A DNA stretch of 64,000 nt, from NCBI GenBank assembly GCA_009859145.1, contig VRVR01000034.1, forward strand, positions 233,822 to 297,821, given 5' to 3'. The notes below the pieces were generated by a model, which was not told the DNA's origin, did not search any database, and saw nothing but the letters and a program-made list of their open reading frames with translations. Positions within the stretch are counted from its first letter, which is position 1. Each line of letters begins with the position of its first letter. This stretch comes from Andalucia godoyi And28 (taxonomy: Eukaryota; Protista; Jakobida). Shown here piece after piece: positions 41,847 to 52,070 of this stretch. A program made the translations under genes and the position numbers.

Positions 41847-44800
41847 ATGCTGGATCCACTGGGGCTCAATGACGAACCTTCTATCTCGAAGCTGCTTCGT
41901 GGATTTCGCGATGGATCTGTGCTGTTTTCGGGCATGATTGTCCGGCTCTCGAGACGAACCGATGTGTCGTCTCCTCAGCCAGCACCTGCCAGCCTTTCTG
42001 GCCTCCAGTCTCCGCCTCCGTTCTCCTCCAACGGCAGCACTACACAGTTCCAAACACAGGCGCAGCCGCAGGTGCAAAGTACATCGAAGCAGAGGATCAA
42101 GACGCGATCGTATGTATTTGCGGTGACCGACCAAGCGCTGTACTTGCTTCGTGAGGGTGACTTGTCGTTCAAGACACGTGTGCTGTGGTCGGATGTTTCG
42201 CATATTCAAATTGCGGGAGCGTTGATTGAAAAATGGGACGTGTTTAGTGTTTCGACGGTGCGGCCGTCGAACAGCCTTGTGCTGACTCCCCACGCAGACG
42301 GTCCGTCGAAGCTGGAGATTCTGGCGTCGTTCCCTTCGCGAGTGAATGTTGTGTCGCTGGCTGATGCCGATATCCGGTTTCCGGAGGAAGATGAGTTGAG
42401 CGATTCCGACGATGAGCAGGCGGGATCAAAGACTGCGACACGGAGGCATCTCGTTGGCAGCAAACGCATTTCAAAGGAAGCTCTTATTGAAAACCCGTAC
42501 TTTGCGAAAAAGGAAGAAGAGATGTTTACTTCAGGAGACGGATTCTTGCTTGCAAACGTCGTCAGAACCGAGTTCTTGACGGGGACGCTGCAAACGGTGC
42601 TGGAGCGTGGAAAGCAGAAGCCGTTTCGGGAGTTGCTGGGTCAGTTTGAGGAGCTTGCGGACCAGCACATCCAGTCGGTATGCTCGGATCATTACCAAAC
42701 ATTCCTGAATGCTTTTTCCGAATTGCCGCTGATCGACGATGACTGCGCACGGCTACGATCCGGCGTGAGGGATCTCAACAGCCACATGCAAGATGTTGGG
42801 GCACACTACCTGAAAGCCCTCGAATCGCTTCAGACGGCTCGATACGTTGCGCAGAACCTGACAAAAGGATTGGAAAGCGTCGCTTTGTGCTCTCGCCTAG
42901 CTGCCATGGCCGCCAAAGTGGAGCAGCTGGTTGCGGAAAAAAAGTACTATCCTGCATTGAAATCCTTGTACAAACTCGAATTGCAGCTGCCTCTCCACTT
43001 GTCCTTTGGACGGTTTTTGGCCAACAACATCCCAAGACTGCGTGCGAGCATCAAAGCCACTGTGTTGGCGGATTTCAACGAATGGTTGGTGCAGATCCGC
43101 GAGTTCTCTGTCTCTTTGGGCGATAAGATGCTGGCCAGCGTGAAGAACAAGATCGAGCAGCTGAGCGCGGAAGGTGACTACTGGTCTTCGTATCAATCGC
43201 TGTCACATACACTTCAAAATGGAGCTTCCAACATGTTTGACGTTTCGTCTAGTGAGTTTTCAAGCAGGACTCTCAGCTCCAAGCCTCGCGCCCGGTCGTC
43301 CACGGTGAAGACCAGTCGGTCGACTCCCATTCTTGAGAATCCCAACGGCTCCGTGAACTCGACTGTGGATTTTTCGACGCTGTATACGTGCTCTCATGTC
43401 TATCAGTCGCTGCACGAAGACGACACATTCCGTAATTATTACTTAGAAAATCGGAGGAAGCAGATTGAACTGGACCTGGCTGCGAAGCGCAATTCACTGC
43501 AGGAGTACTTTTCCCGGATTGTTGGCTTCTTTGTTATCGAGTCCCGGGTGGCAAAATCTGCGAGCCACTTGATGCCTGCTGGTGAAATGGCCTCCATTTG
43601 GGACGATATTATCGACAAACTGAAAGCGGTCATCGCCGAGAATCTCGACAAGTTCAAGACATCGGCCGAGTGGATCACCTTGAAAAACAGTCTCGTCGTT
43701 TTCGGCATGTGTCTGCAGCTGCTTTCCCTGCATATCACACCATTTTTTGACTTTGTGGAGTCGTGGAAGGACCGGTATGCATCCCAGATTCTTCTCCCAA
43801 TGTTCCAAACAAAGTTAGATGGCGTGCTTGAGAACGATCACTATGATTTCATGCAGGTTGCCAATGCTTCACAGTTTGATGCACTTGTTGCAAAGTACAA
43901 TTTGTCTTCCGAGATGTTATCAAAGGACTCTGGAAAGAAGTGGCCCATTTCGCTGTCCTTTTCTGCAGCGGTTCCGCAGCTTCTTGCCGTTGTCGAGGAT
44001 GCAGTGAAAACGTATCTTGAATTTGGGCGTAATTTGATGCCTGTGGACGAGTCTGCAAAGAGAATTGTAGACGAGCTCGTTCGCTACATCGGACACAAAT
44101 ACGAGTCGATACTGGGAGACATTGCCTTCAGCAACATCCTGCAGTGTGCCATTATTGGTGCCAATTGCTCGGCATTGCATATTGCATGCTCGGCACTCGA
44201 GTATCATGTGTCGGAGCTCCTCAAAGTCGGAACATCAAGTCCTGCTGCTTCCCACGGACTCGGTTCTGAGACGCGGTTGTCGACGCCTACATCTTTTGCT
44301 TCCGCTTCTCCGTCGCTGCTGGGTCGCAAGGAGTTTTTGACGTCACGGACGATTCTCGTGCAGACGCGATCGTCCGCGGAGGACTTTGTGTTCAAATCCA
44401 TCATGATGAAATCTGACGAGTTTGTGTCCATTGGGTTCAACGCGGATTGGCTGCAAGCTGCGCCACCCCGTGGTGTGTCCGATCATATTGAAGATCTTGC
44501 GCAGTTTATCCAGACAACTTTCCAAATGCTGGAAATCGTTCCTCGGACAACACTCGCATCCTTGCAGCAACGCACTGCGCAGCATATTGCAGTGCAAATG
44601 CTGGACGTTGTGGTTCAGTCTAGTGTTCGATCTGTGACGCGCTACGGAATTGCGCAGCTGGATGCCGATCTCGGACACATGGAACTTGTGTTCAAGTCGT
44701 ATTCAAAAGAGTTTGTAGCGCCGTTCACGACGATCCGCAATGCGCTCGCAGTTCTGCTCACGATTGATCCGGAGCATCACAAAAATGACCAAGAGACACG

Positions 44801-44948
44801 CCTCTTGTTGCTCAGTCATGTGTCATCAGCCGAGCTGGTGAAAAAGATGCTGCTTGTGCGCGAAAAGATCCGCGACCCGCCGAAAGATTCTGTCAAGAAA
44901 TCCGGATCCAAGTCCCAGGGTTTATTCAAGTTTGGCAACAAGCATTGA
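41847..44948 (+). CDS. SEC15: Exocyst subunit Sec15/EXOC6 with an extra N-terminal TH1/PH-like domain
   Basis: IQSVCSDHYQTFLNAFSEL, KKYYPALKSL, FNEWLVQIRE, VDFSTLYTCSHVY, FRNYYLENRRKQ and IVGFFVIE are Sec15 motifs. Confidence 0.9.
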   Translation: MLDPLGLNDEPSISKLLRGFRDGSVLFSGMIVRLSRRTDVSSPQPAPASLSGLQSPPPFSSNGSTTQFQTQAQPQVQSTSKQRIKTRSYVFAVTDQALYLLREGDLSFKTRVLWSDVSHIQIAGALIEKWDVFSVSTVRPSNSLVLTPHADGPSKLEILASFPSRVNVVSLADADIRFPEEDELSDSDDEQAGSKTATRRHLVGSKRISKEALIENPYFAKKEEEMFTSGDGFLLANVVRTEFLTGTLQTVLERGKQKPFRELLGQFEELADQHIQSVCSDHYQTFLNAFSELPLIDDDCARLRSGVRDLNSHMQDVGAHYLKALESLQTARYVAQNLTKGLESVALCSRLAAMAAKVEQLVAEKKYYPALKSLYKLELQLPLHLSFGRFLANNIPRLRASIKATVLADFNEWLVQIREFSVSLGDKMLASVKNKIEQLSAEGDYWSSYQSLSHTLQNGASNMFDVSSSEFSSRTLSSKPRARSSTVKTSRSTPILENPNGSVNSTVDFSTLYTCSHVYQSLHEDDTFRNYYLENRRKQIELDLAAKRNSLQEYFSRIVGFFVIESRVAKSASHLMPAGEMASIWDDIIDKLKAVIAENLDKFKTSAEWITLKNSLVVFGMCLQLLSLHITPFFDFVESWKDRYASQILLPMFQTKLDGVLENDHYDFMQVANASQFDALVAKYNLSSEMLSKDSGKKWPISLSFSAAVPQLLAVVEDAVKTYLEFGRNLMPVDESAKRIVDELVRYIGHKYESILGDIAFSNILQCAIIGANCSALHIACSALEYHVSELLKVGTSSPAASHGLGSETRLSTPTSFASASPSLLGRKEFLTSRTILVQTRSSAEDFVFKSIMMKSDEFVSIGFNADWLQAAPPRGVSDHIEDLAQFIQTTFQMLEIVPRTTLASLQQRTAQHIAVQMLDVVVQSSVRSVTRYGIAQLDADLGHMELVFKSYSKEFVAPFTTIRNALAVLLTIDPEHHKNDQETRLLLLSHVSSAELVKKMLLVREKIRDPPKDSVKKSGSKSQGLFKFGNKH

Positions 44949-45028
44949 TCATCCGTTTCCTGCCACCAGCAGAACTTGCTCGAAAATAAAGTATTTTTAT
45001 TAAAATATATTTAATATTTAAATTTTAT

Positions 45029-45071
<43 letters not shown>
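45029..45071. repeat. (TTG)n microsatellite between the convergent Sec15 and RFC3 genes
   Basis: Read directly. Confidence 0.9.
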
Positions 45072-45072
<1 letters not shown>

Positions 45073-45185
45073 ATTTTTTATTTGATTATTGTTGTCGCTT
45101 TCTTTACACACATCCGCACTTTTGCTTGCAGCATCCATTTCGCCCCCAGATTGGGTGGTGGTGGTGGTAAGAGAAGCAAGTGAAC

Positions 45186-46400
45186 TCAGAAATCGCCGAG
45201 CTCGCCGAGATCGTCAATGTCCATTGCTTGTGCCGTAGCATTCTGCAAATAATTCCTGTACTCGGTCATGAACGCCACGACGAAAGCCTCAAGATGGAAG
45301 ATTGCCTTTGCGCCTCTGCGCATTCTCTGGTCAAACTTTGCAGCGGCCGCCAAAACTCGTTGCTTCATGACATTATCGCACTTGCGCAGAAGAGCTCGAA
45401 CAAGCGTCGTGAGAATGGCATCGGCGGGGATGCAGTTGGTCAGCAGCTCCAAGAACCGATCTCGGACTGCCAGCACCGTCACCGGAGCCTGTTTTTCGAT
45501 AATCATCTTTGCCGTCTCGACCACGTATGTTTCCCAGTCCGGCAGCGGTACGTCCTGCATTGACGTCGATGCCGCAAAAGGATATTGCTGCATCTTTGCG
45601 GTTTCCAGCGACAAGATAGTTGCCAGCATGTTTCTCTTATTTGCACGAGCAAACCTCGCCAGAAACTCCTCGGCAGATGCTGAAGAACCAGCAGCCGGCA
45701 GCTGCAGCTTTTCGCGAGCGCATATACTTGCGAGCAAGTTGACGAGTTCTGCCTCGGTCGGCAGCGGCACACGCACACACAGACACCGAGAATGCAGCGG
45801 CTCAATCACTCTAGACAGCGACTCACAGACCAGAATCATTCGGCAGCTCTTCATGTACTTTTCCATCAATCGACGCAGCGCCTGCTGTGCTTCCCGAGAC
45901 ATTCGGTCCACATCATGCAGCACAATACACTTGAATTGCGCATGCCCCGTCACGCCATTCGATGATGATGATGATGATGCGTGTGTGGACGCAGAGGAAG
46001 AGGAAGAAGAGGGCTGGTCAAAAGGATTGATCGAGATGGGGGCCGACGATGCAATTTCCTTGATCATTTCCGAAACAACATACCGATCGTAGAGCCCGGA
46101 TTCTGCAGCATTGATCTCAATGTGATGATTCGAGGCCAAAGTCTCAACCTCGATCTTCTTGTATCCAGACGCTCCCACTGTAATTTCCTTGTGCTCCACC
46201 TTCACTTTCTGCGCAGACGCCCCAAACAGCTCCCGCAAAAGCGCGTTCACCCGCGTCTTTTTCCCAGCCCCGCTCGGCCCGTAAAGCAACAAATGTGGCA
46301 AATCTGAAGACTTGCACAACTGCTGTAAACGCGCATTGATGTGCGAATGCACTTCCATCGAGGACAAGCTTGACGGCCGATACTTGTCAATCCACAACAT
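45186..46400 (-). CDS. RFC3: Replication factor C subunit 3 (yeast Rfc5 type)
   Basis: MLWIDKYRP, LLYGPSGAGKKT, AQQALRRLMEKY and HSRCLCVRVP. Confidence 0.95.
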   Translation of the reverse strand: MLWIDKYRPSSLSSMEVHSHINARLQQLCKSSDLPHLLLYGPSGAGKKTRVNALLRELFGASAQKVKVEHKEITVGASGYKKIEVETLASNHHIEINAAESGLYDRYVVSEMIKEIASSAPISINPFDQPSSSSSSASTHASSSSSSNGVTGHAQFKCIVLHDVDRMSREAQQALRRLMEKYMKSCRMILVCESLSRVIEPLHSRCLCVRVPLPTEAELVNLLASICAREKLQLPAAGSSASAEEFLARFARANKRNMLATILSLETAKMQQYPFAASTSMQDVPLPDWETYVVETAKMIIEKQAPVTVLAVRDRFLELLTNCIPADAILTTLVRALLRKCDNVMKQRVLAAAAKFDQRMRRGAKAIFHLEAFVVAFMTEYRNYLQNATAQAMDIDDLGELGDF

Positions 46401-46790
46401 TTTCCACCTCCACCTCTTTTGGCCACAAGCCCTCGTTCTTGGATATTTTTTTGATTTTTGATTTTAAAAAAACACAAGAATTTAAAGAAAAAGATGCCTC
46501 CCCCGCCCAAATAAAATAAAATGAATAAATAAATCAGCAACAGAAGAAAGGGGAAAATGGAAAGGAAACAGAAAGCGCGGGGAATTTCCAGTTTGCGCGG
46601 GTGGGCAGGCTGTCTGGTATCACGTGACACTTGCCTACCCCCGCGTTCCTTTGTTTCACCAGTTTTTTCTCGTTTTTTATTTACGTTGGTTTTTCCTGTC
46701 TTTTCTTTTTCTTTTGTGTTCGGTTTTACCTCTTGTGGGGTTTGGAAAAAGCAAGGCGGGAAGCACGCAGACGACGGGATTGGAAGAGCC

Positions 46791-47575
46791 ATGGATGGAG
46801 ATGAGACGCCGTTTATGGTGTATGAAAAGCGCGGGAAAAACCGCCGCCGCGTCCTTGTTCGCGAGAAGCCGCGCGGCGTCGTCGGTGCCGGTGCCGGTGC
46901 CGGTGCCGGCGTTGGCGTTGGCGAGCGTGTGGAGGTGTATGTGTCGGAGCGTCGAAAGGTGTCGCCGCGGCTCGAGGACAAGATTCGGCGGTGGGAGATG
47001 GTGCTTGAGGCTGGCGGGGTGCTTCGGCATGTGGTTTTGTCGCTGCCGGATCTTTTGGTCTCGGGGGTGTATCTGATTGGGGTCGGGTCGATGGCGGGGT
47101 CTGTGTCGTCGCAGGTGCAGTATGCGCTGACCCGGGAGCTCGCACGCGTCTGCCGGCGTGTCCGACATGCGCGGCGGCGAGCAACAGGAGACGCGTTGTC
47201 ATTGAGCCTCTGCTGACTGTAGATGACCGGACCCTGCTTGCGTCTGATGGATTTGCAGTTGGTGATTCCTCGCACTGTGGAGACTATCCGTACGACGGGT
47301 GCGGCGGCCCGGGATGCAGGACCGTGTTTGTGATGCCGCACTGCGAAAAGCTGCTCTACCGGAACTTTCTCAAGCGCCAGATCGCCGACAGAACCCTCAC
47401 GCGATGCATTCTCCTCGCAAACCCGCTCGCCGATTTCCCCGAATTTAGCAGCTTGATGCTTGATGCTGGACTGACCATCACCACCAGCGTCCCTGTCCCG
47501 ACCCTCGCGGATGCCCCCAATGCCCTCTGGGCAACCTCAACCCAGCTCGTTTCTAGTCTCACCTCCTCCACATGA
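46791..47575 (+). CDS. SRR1-like protein; needs a net -1/+2 frame change between 47120 and 47196
   Basis: Frame 1 gives LIGVGSMAGSVSSQVQYAL. A second frame gives VVIEPLLTVDDRTLL...TVFVMPHCEKLLYRNFL...CILLANPL. Together these match the SRR1 motifs GIGS, YDP, FYMPHC and IGNS. Confidence 0.7.
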
Positions 47576-47745
47576 ACCACGCTCTCTCGACGATTCTCAC
47601 GCTTTCTCTTCTCTTCATTCCTTTCCAATTCCATTCCCGTTCGTCATCGCTCGCTTTTTATTCTTACTTTCACACATATATTTTTTTGGCTTGTTGATAT
47701 ATACAGAATAGAAGGGATAGAAGGGATAGAACCTGGCGGGTGGGA

Positions 47746-49200
47746 ATGACGACGTTTCGGATTGGAGAGCGAGTCTTGTGTGCGTTTCGCTCGGGCCAGA
47801 TTGCGCCGGCGGAGATTCTGGCGGTGGGTCCCAAGGACGACTGGAGTCTCGCTTATTATGTGCATTACATCGACTACAACAAGCGGCTTGATGAATGGGT
47901 CCCTCCCGATCGAATCCAGCCCTTTTCATCCTCGACTGCAGACTTTGTTTCGTCATCATCATTATCAGCGGCAGCGGCTGCTCAGGCGGTTTCGAACTAT
48001 CATCCAACCACCACCACAACCACCAACAGCAGCAGTAATAATAATAATAATAATAATATGGACAATAGTAACAATAGTGGCACCAGCAACAACAGCAGTA
48101 ATAGCAACAACAGCAGCAGCAGCATCAACAACATCAACAGCAATGGCAACGTGCATAGCATCAGTAGTGCATTTGTGGGCGGGGTGATCAAGGAAGAAGA
48201 CGAATCGCGAAAGCTGACGCGGCACCAGAAGCGACGGATTGAAGAGATTTCGCATTCGGGACTTGATGATTTTGATGCACAGACTCTCGAAATTGAAAAG
48301 GAACACCATGATGAGCCGGTGCGAGTGAAGAATCTGGACTCGATTGTGATTGGAAAGTTCGAGATCGATACATGGTACTTCTCGCCGTATCCTGAAGAGT
48401 ACTGCCAAGACACCCGTCGGCTCTATCTGTGCGAGTTTTGTCTAAAGTACTTTAAGAAGCCGAAGACCCTTGAGCGACACAGAGGAAAGTGCGTGCTGAA
48501 ACACCCTCCTGGTGACGAAATTTATCGGAAAAACGGAATTTCGTGCTTTGAAGTAGACGGAAAGAAGCAGAAGATCTACTGCCAGAACTTGTGCTTGCTG
48601 TCCAAGCTGTTTCTCGACCACAAGACGCTGTATTACGACGTCGAGCCGTTCTTGTTCTACATTATGTGCGAAGTCGACGATGTCGGCTGCCATATCGTTG
48701 GCTACTTTTCAAAGGAGAAGCTCTCGTTGGAAAATTACAACCTTGCTTGCATCATGACGTTGCCACCGTACCAGAGAAAGGGCTATGGAAAGTTTCTGAT
48801 TTCCATGTCGTATGCACTTTCGAAAAAAGAAGACAAGATTGGTACGCCCGAGAGACCTCTTTCCGATCTGGGACTTCTGTCGTATCGTTCATACTGGAAG
48901 AACGCCATCCTCGATGTGTTGTGCAAGTACAGGACATCCATGTCGATCAACGATATTTCAAGAATCACAGCAATCCGACCAGATGACATCATTTCCACGC
49001 TTCAGAACATGGGAATGATAAAGTACTGGAAGGGAGCACACATCATCGCTGTGCCTCCGAGGCTTCTCGAGGAGCATCAGTCCCGCCAAGAGAGGAATCG
49101 TGCGCTGCTTGTCGACCATTCTTTTTTGCACTGGACGCCGTATGTCCTGCCGCAAGGTGTCACCCCTGCAAATTCTCAGTCCATCTCGGGCCTACTGTAA
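47746..49200 (+). CDS. MYST histone acetyltransferase (Esa1/Tip60/MOF type) with chromo-barrel domain
   Basis: [24 protein letters not shown]2HC finger, [28 protein letters not shown] and [11 protein letters not shown]. Confidence 0.97.
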   Translation: MTTFRIGERVLCAFRSGQIAPAEILAVGPKDDWSLAYYVHYIDYNKRLDEWVPPDRIQPFSSSTADFVSSSSLSAAAAAQAVSNYHPTTTTTTNSSSNNNNNNNMDNSNNSGTSNNSSNSNNSSSSINNINSNGNVHSISSAFVGGVIKEEDESRKLTRHQKRRIEEISHSGLDDFDAQTLEIEKEHHDEPVRVKNLDSIVIGKFEIDTWYFSPYPEEYCQDTRRLYLCEFCLKYFKKPKTLERHRGKCVLKHPPGDEIYRKNGISCFEVDGKKQKIYCQNLCLLSKLFLDHKTLYYDVEPFLFYIMCEVDDVGCHIVGYFSKEKLSLENYNLACIMTLPPYQRKGYGKFLISMSYALSKKEDKIGTPERPLSDLGLLSYRSYWKNAILDVLCKYRTSMSINDISRITAIRPDDIISTLQNMGMIKYWKGAHIIAVPPRLLEEHQSRQERNRALLVDHSFLHWTPYVLPQGVTPANSQSISGLL

Positions 49201-49228
49201 CACGTTTTTAAAAGATACTTGCTAATGA

Positions 49229-49468
49229 CCAACCCAAACGTCTGGTAGACAGCTGTGAATATATATCATCGGATAGTATGACTGAGTTGGCAGCCGTCGA
49301 CGTTGCTGCTGAGTGAAGGCTCGCCTTTTTCTTCTGCAGATTGCTGCTACCGGCTGTTGTCGCGGCGGCATAGGTGTGCAGGTCGACGGCCCCAATGAGA
49401 CGCTGTCGAATACGGAGCTGTTTAAGGCGCAGCATGCGAAACAAATGTTTAGAGAGTGGTTGGATTGA
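49229..49468. repeat. Dispersed repeat, copy B (longer, with two internal insertions relative to copy A)
   Basis: Matches 1652-1825. It starts CCAACCCAAACGTCT and ends GAGTGGTTGGATTGA. Confidence 0.9.
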
Positions 49469-49844
49469 AGGGAGGGTAATCCTTACTTCAAATCAATATT
49501 TAATATCATCATATTCATATTCATAAGAAGAACAGCAATACGAATTTTAAATTTTTAAACAAGGCCAAAACGGAGCCGCATCTTCCAAATCACAGTGCCA
49601 AAACAGATCCCGAGTCGATCAACAGCAGTTCGTACATCTTTTATCAATCAAAAATCTTGAGAACAGAGAGAGGGAAATGATATAATAATCAATAATTAAA
49701 AAATAAAAACATAAAAAAAATAATAAAAAACCAACGGGAGGCCAGTCCGAAAAAGAGAAGCCCAGCTAGACGCAGGGAACGATACGCAAAGACGGTAAAT
49801 AAGGGTTTTTTGGGCGAGAGGATCGTAGGGGGAAAAAAATGGAG

Positions 49845-51225
49845 CTACTTCCCTGCATTGGAATAACGTGGGGTGGAAACAACGCTGTGAATTGCCTGGG
49901 ATCGCAAATAGTTGGACCGGGTGTTGCGGATGGATCCCATTGCTTTGCGCCGCATTTCGACAATGCTGACGGACCGACTGCGAGAGGTAGCCGCCGGTTG
50001 CGGGGCGCCAAAAGGAACGGTCTCGTCAAAATCGAACCACTGCAGTAGGTTTCCATGTCCACCTTGCCGCATTCCCTTTGGTTTCATGAGATCCTGCCCA
50101 AGAACACTTTCTGCAAACGTGCGGTAATTGATCAGGCCCGTCTTCTTTGGATCCATTGTCGCAATGTAGTCTGCAAGCTCAGCATTTGAAAATCGCGGGT
50201 CCATTTTGCGCAGGGCTTCCTTGAACTCGGTGTAACACAAGCATCCATCGTGGTCCCGGTCCATTTCACGAAACACGTTCTTGAGATTCGACACCTGCTT
50301 TTCAAGACGCGATGCAATCAGCATGTTCATCTTTGATGCATCCGACTCAACGCCAAATGGGCAATTCAGCTGTCCTGCATCCAAAGAGCACGTCAGAGCC
50401 ACTGCGTCTTCAGGAAGGTCGCGAAACAAGACTTCGTTTCCAAGTGAGTATCGCTTCAGACGATCTCGCTGGTTCTGGATGACATCCTTTGGAACCTGTT
50501 TGTCATTTTCCTTCAAGAACATTGCAAACTCGTTCCAGTCAACGCTACCGGACTTGTCCTGATCGATCAGCAGGCATAGTTCATGCAGCGCTTCGTCGTC
50601 TGCATCCGGAATCAAGAACTGCCTCTTGATTTCCTCCTGGAATATCTCCAAGGGAATCTGGTTATCATGGTTGCGGTCCAGCCGCCGAAACGTCTTTCGC
50701 AGCTGGTAGGACTGCTGGTAAATCTGTGTTTGCAGACGCTGCCGCAGCCCAATCACAGCCATTGCCAGCTTGCGATTCGAAAAGTACAGTTGAGACAAGC
50801 CCGAGTTTTCTGCAAAGAACTCATCTTCAGCCATTGAATGAGATGGAAGGCCAGTTAAAGATGGCGAGGAAGAAGCAGAAGCAGAAACAGAAGCAGAGGA
50901 AGCACCCACGGCGCCAGAACGAGAAGGCGCACGCGTTGATCTCGCCGACGAAGGCGGGCGTGGCGAATACGAAGCCCCGAAGCTTCCGTTCACATTGTTC
51001 ACAGAAGCACTTGACGGGCGGTAAAGCATCGAGGAAGATGTTCCCGGGCGCAGTTCATCGAAATTACCTGGTCGGCTCTGTTCCAGGCCATTGTGCAGAT
51101 CTTCCGACGCAATCGTGGATCCAGAACGCAGTACTTCCGGAAACAGCAGGTGATTGTCATTGTGCTTATCATGATCATGTTGACGTTGACGTTGATGATG
51201 ATGATGATGATGATCACTGCAACCA

Positions 51226-51258
<33 letters not shown>

Positions 51259-51680
51259 ACATTGCCATTGCCATCGGAAATGTCGGGTGAAGGAGAATTT
51301 GGCTGCGATCGATGCGAACTGAGAATGAGCGATTTAGTCCGTGGGGACTTCCCAGGAGTAAGCGCCAACATTTGCATGACATGTTCGTAATGGACACCGC
51401 GGCCCTCGGCATCCATATGTGGTCGGATGAGATCAACATAGTCAATAGGAGAGATCTTAAACCCTGCCTTTTGCAGGCCGTCATACAAGACGCGATCGGA
51501 AACCACGCCAATTCGGGTCCGATCGACACGCAGAACGCTTTTTTCAAGAACGGAGTAGGCAAGAGATGGCCCCAGCGTTGATTCAAACGTCGCTGCCGTA
51601 CCTAAAAGACGTTCCCGAGGAGTGCGGGGAAGGTGGCCAAGCCGACGCGGTGTTGACGGCGAAGACCCAGGTCGACTCAT
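49845..51680 (-). CDS. Multi-EF-hand protein
   Basis: EF loops DRNHDNQIPLEIF, DQDKSGSVDWNEF, DRDHDGCLCYTEF and DPKKTGLINYRTF. Confidence 0.85.
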
Positions 51681-52070
51681 TCAATAAGAAAAGACGTACT
51701 TCAAGTCAACGAAGAATTTACAAAACATAAACACGATTTTCAAAATTATAACAATAACAATAACAATAACAATAGCAAGATGAATCACTGGCGACACTGG
51801 AAAGGCAAATAGGGATGCGATCGAGTCGAGAAAAGCAAGGGTGCCATTGTCGTTTGGACGATTTTGAGGTTCTCATCGGGGAATTCCAGAACATACACAC
51901 CCACACACAGAAAAAAAGAGAGAGAGAGAGAGAGCAAAGCAACTACGGCTGGTGGAGCAAAGGTATTTTTATAACGGAAACAATGCCAATGGGGAGGGGT
52001 GGCGCAGCGTGCTCGAGGCTGTCAGGAGTGCTGAGTGGACCCTACTGGTCTAGTACGAGGACTGGTAGGA

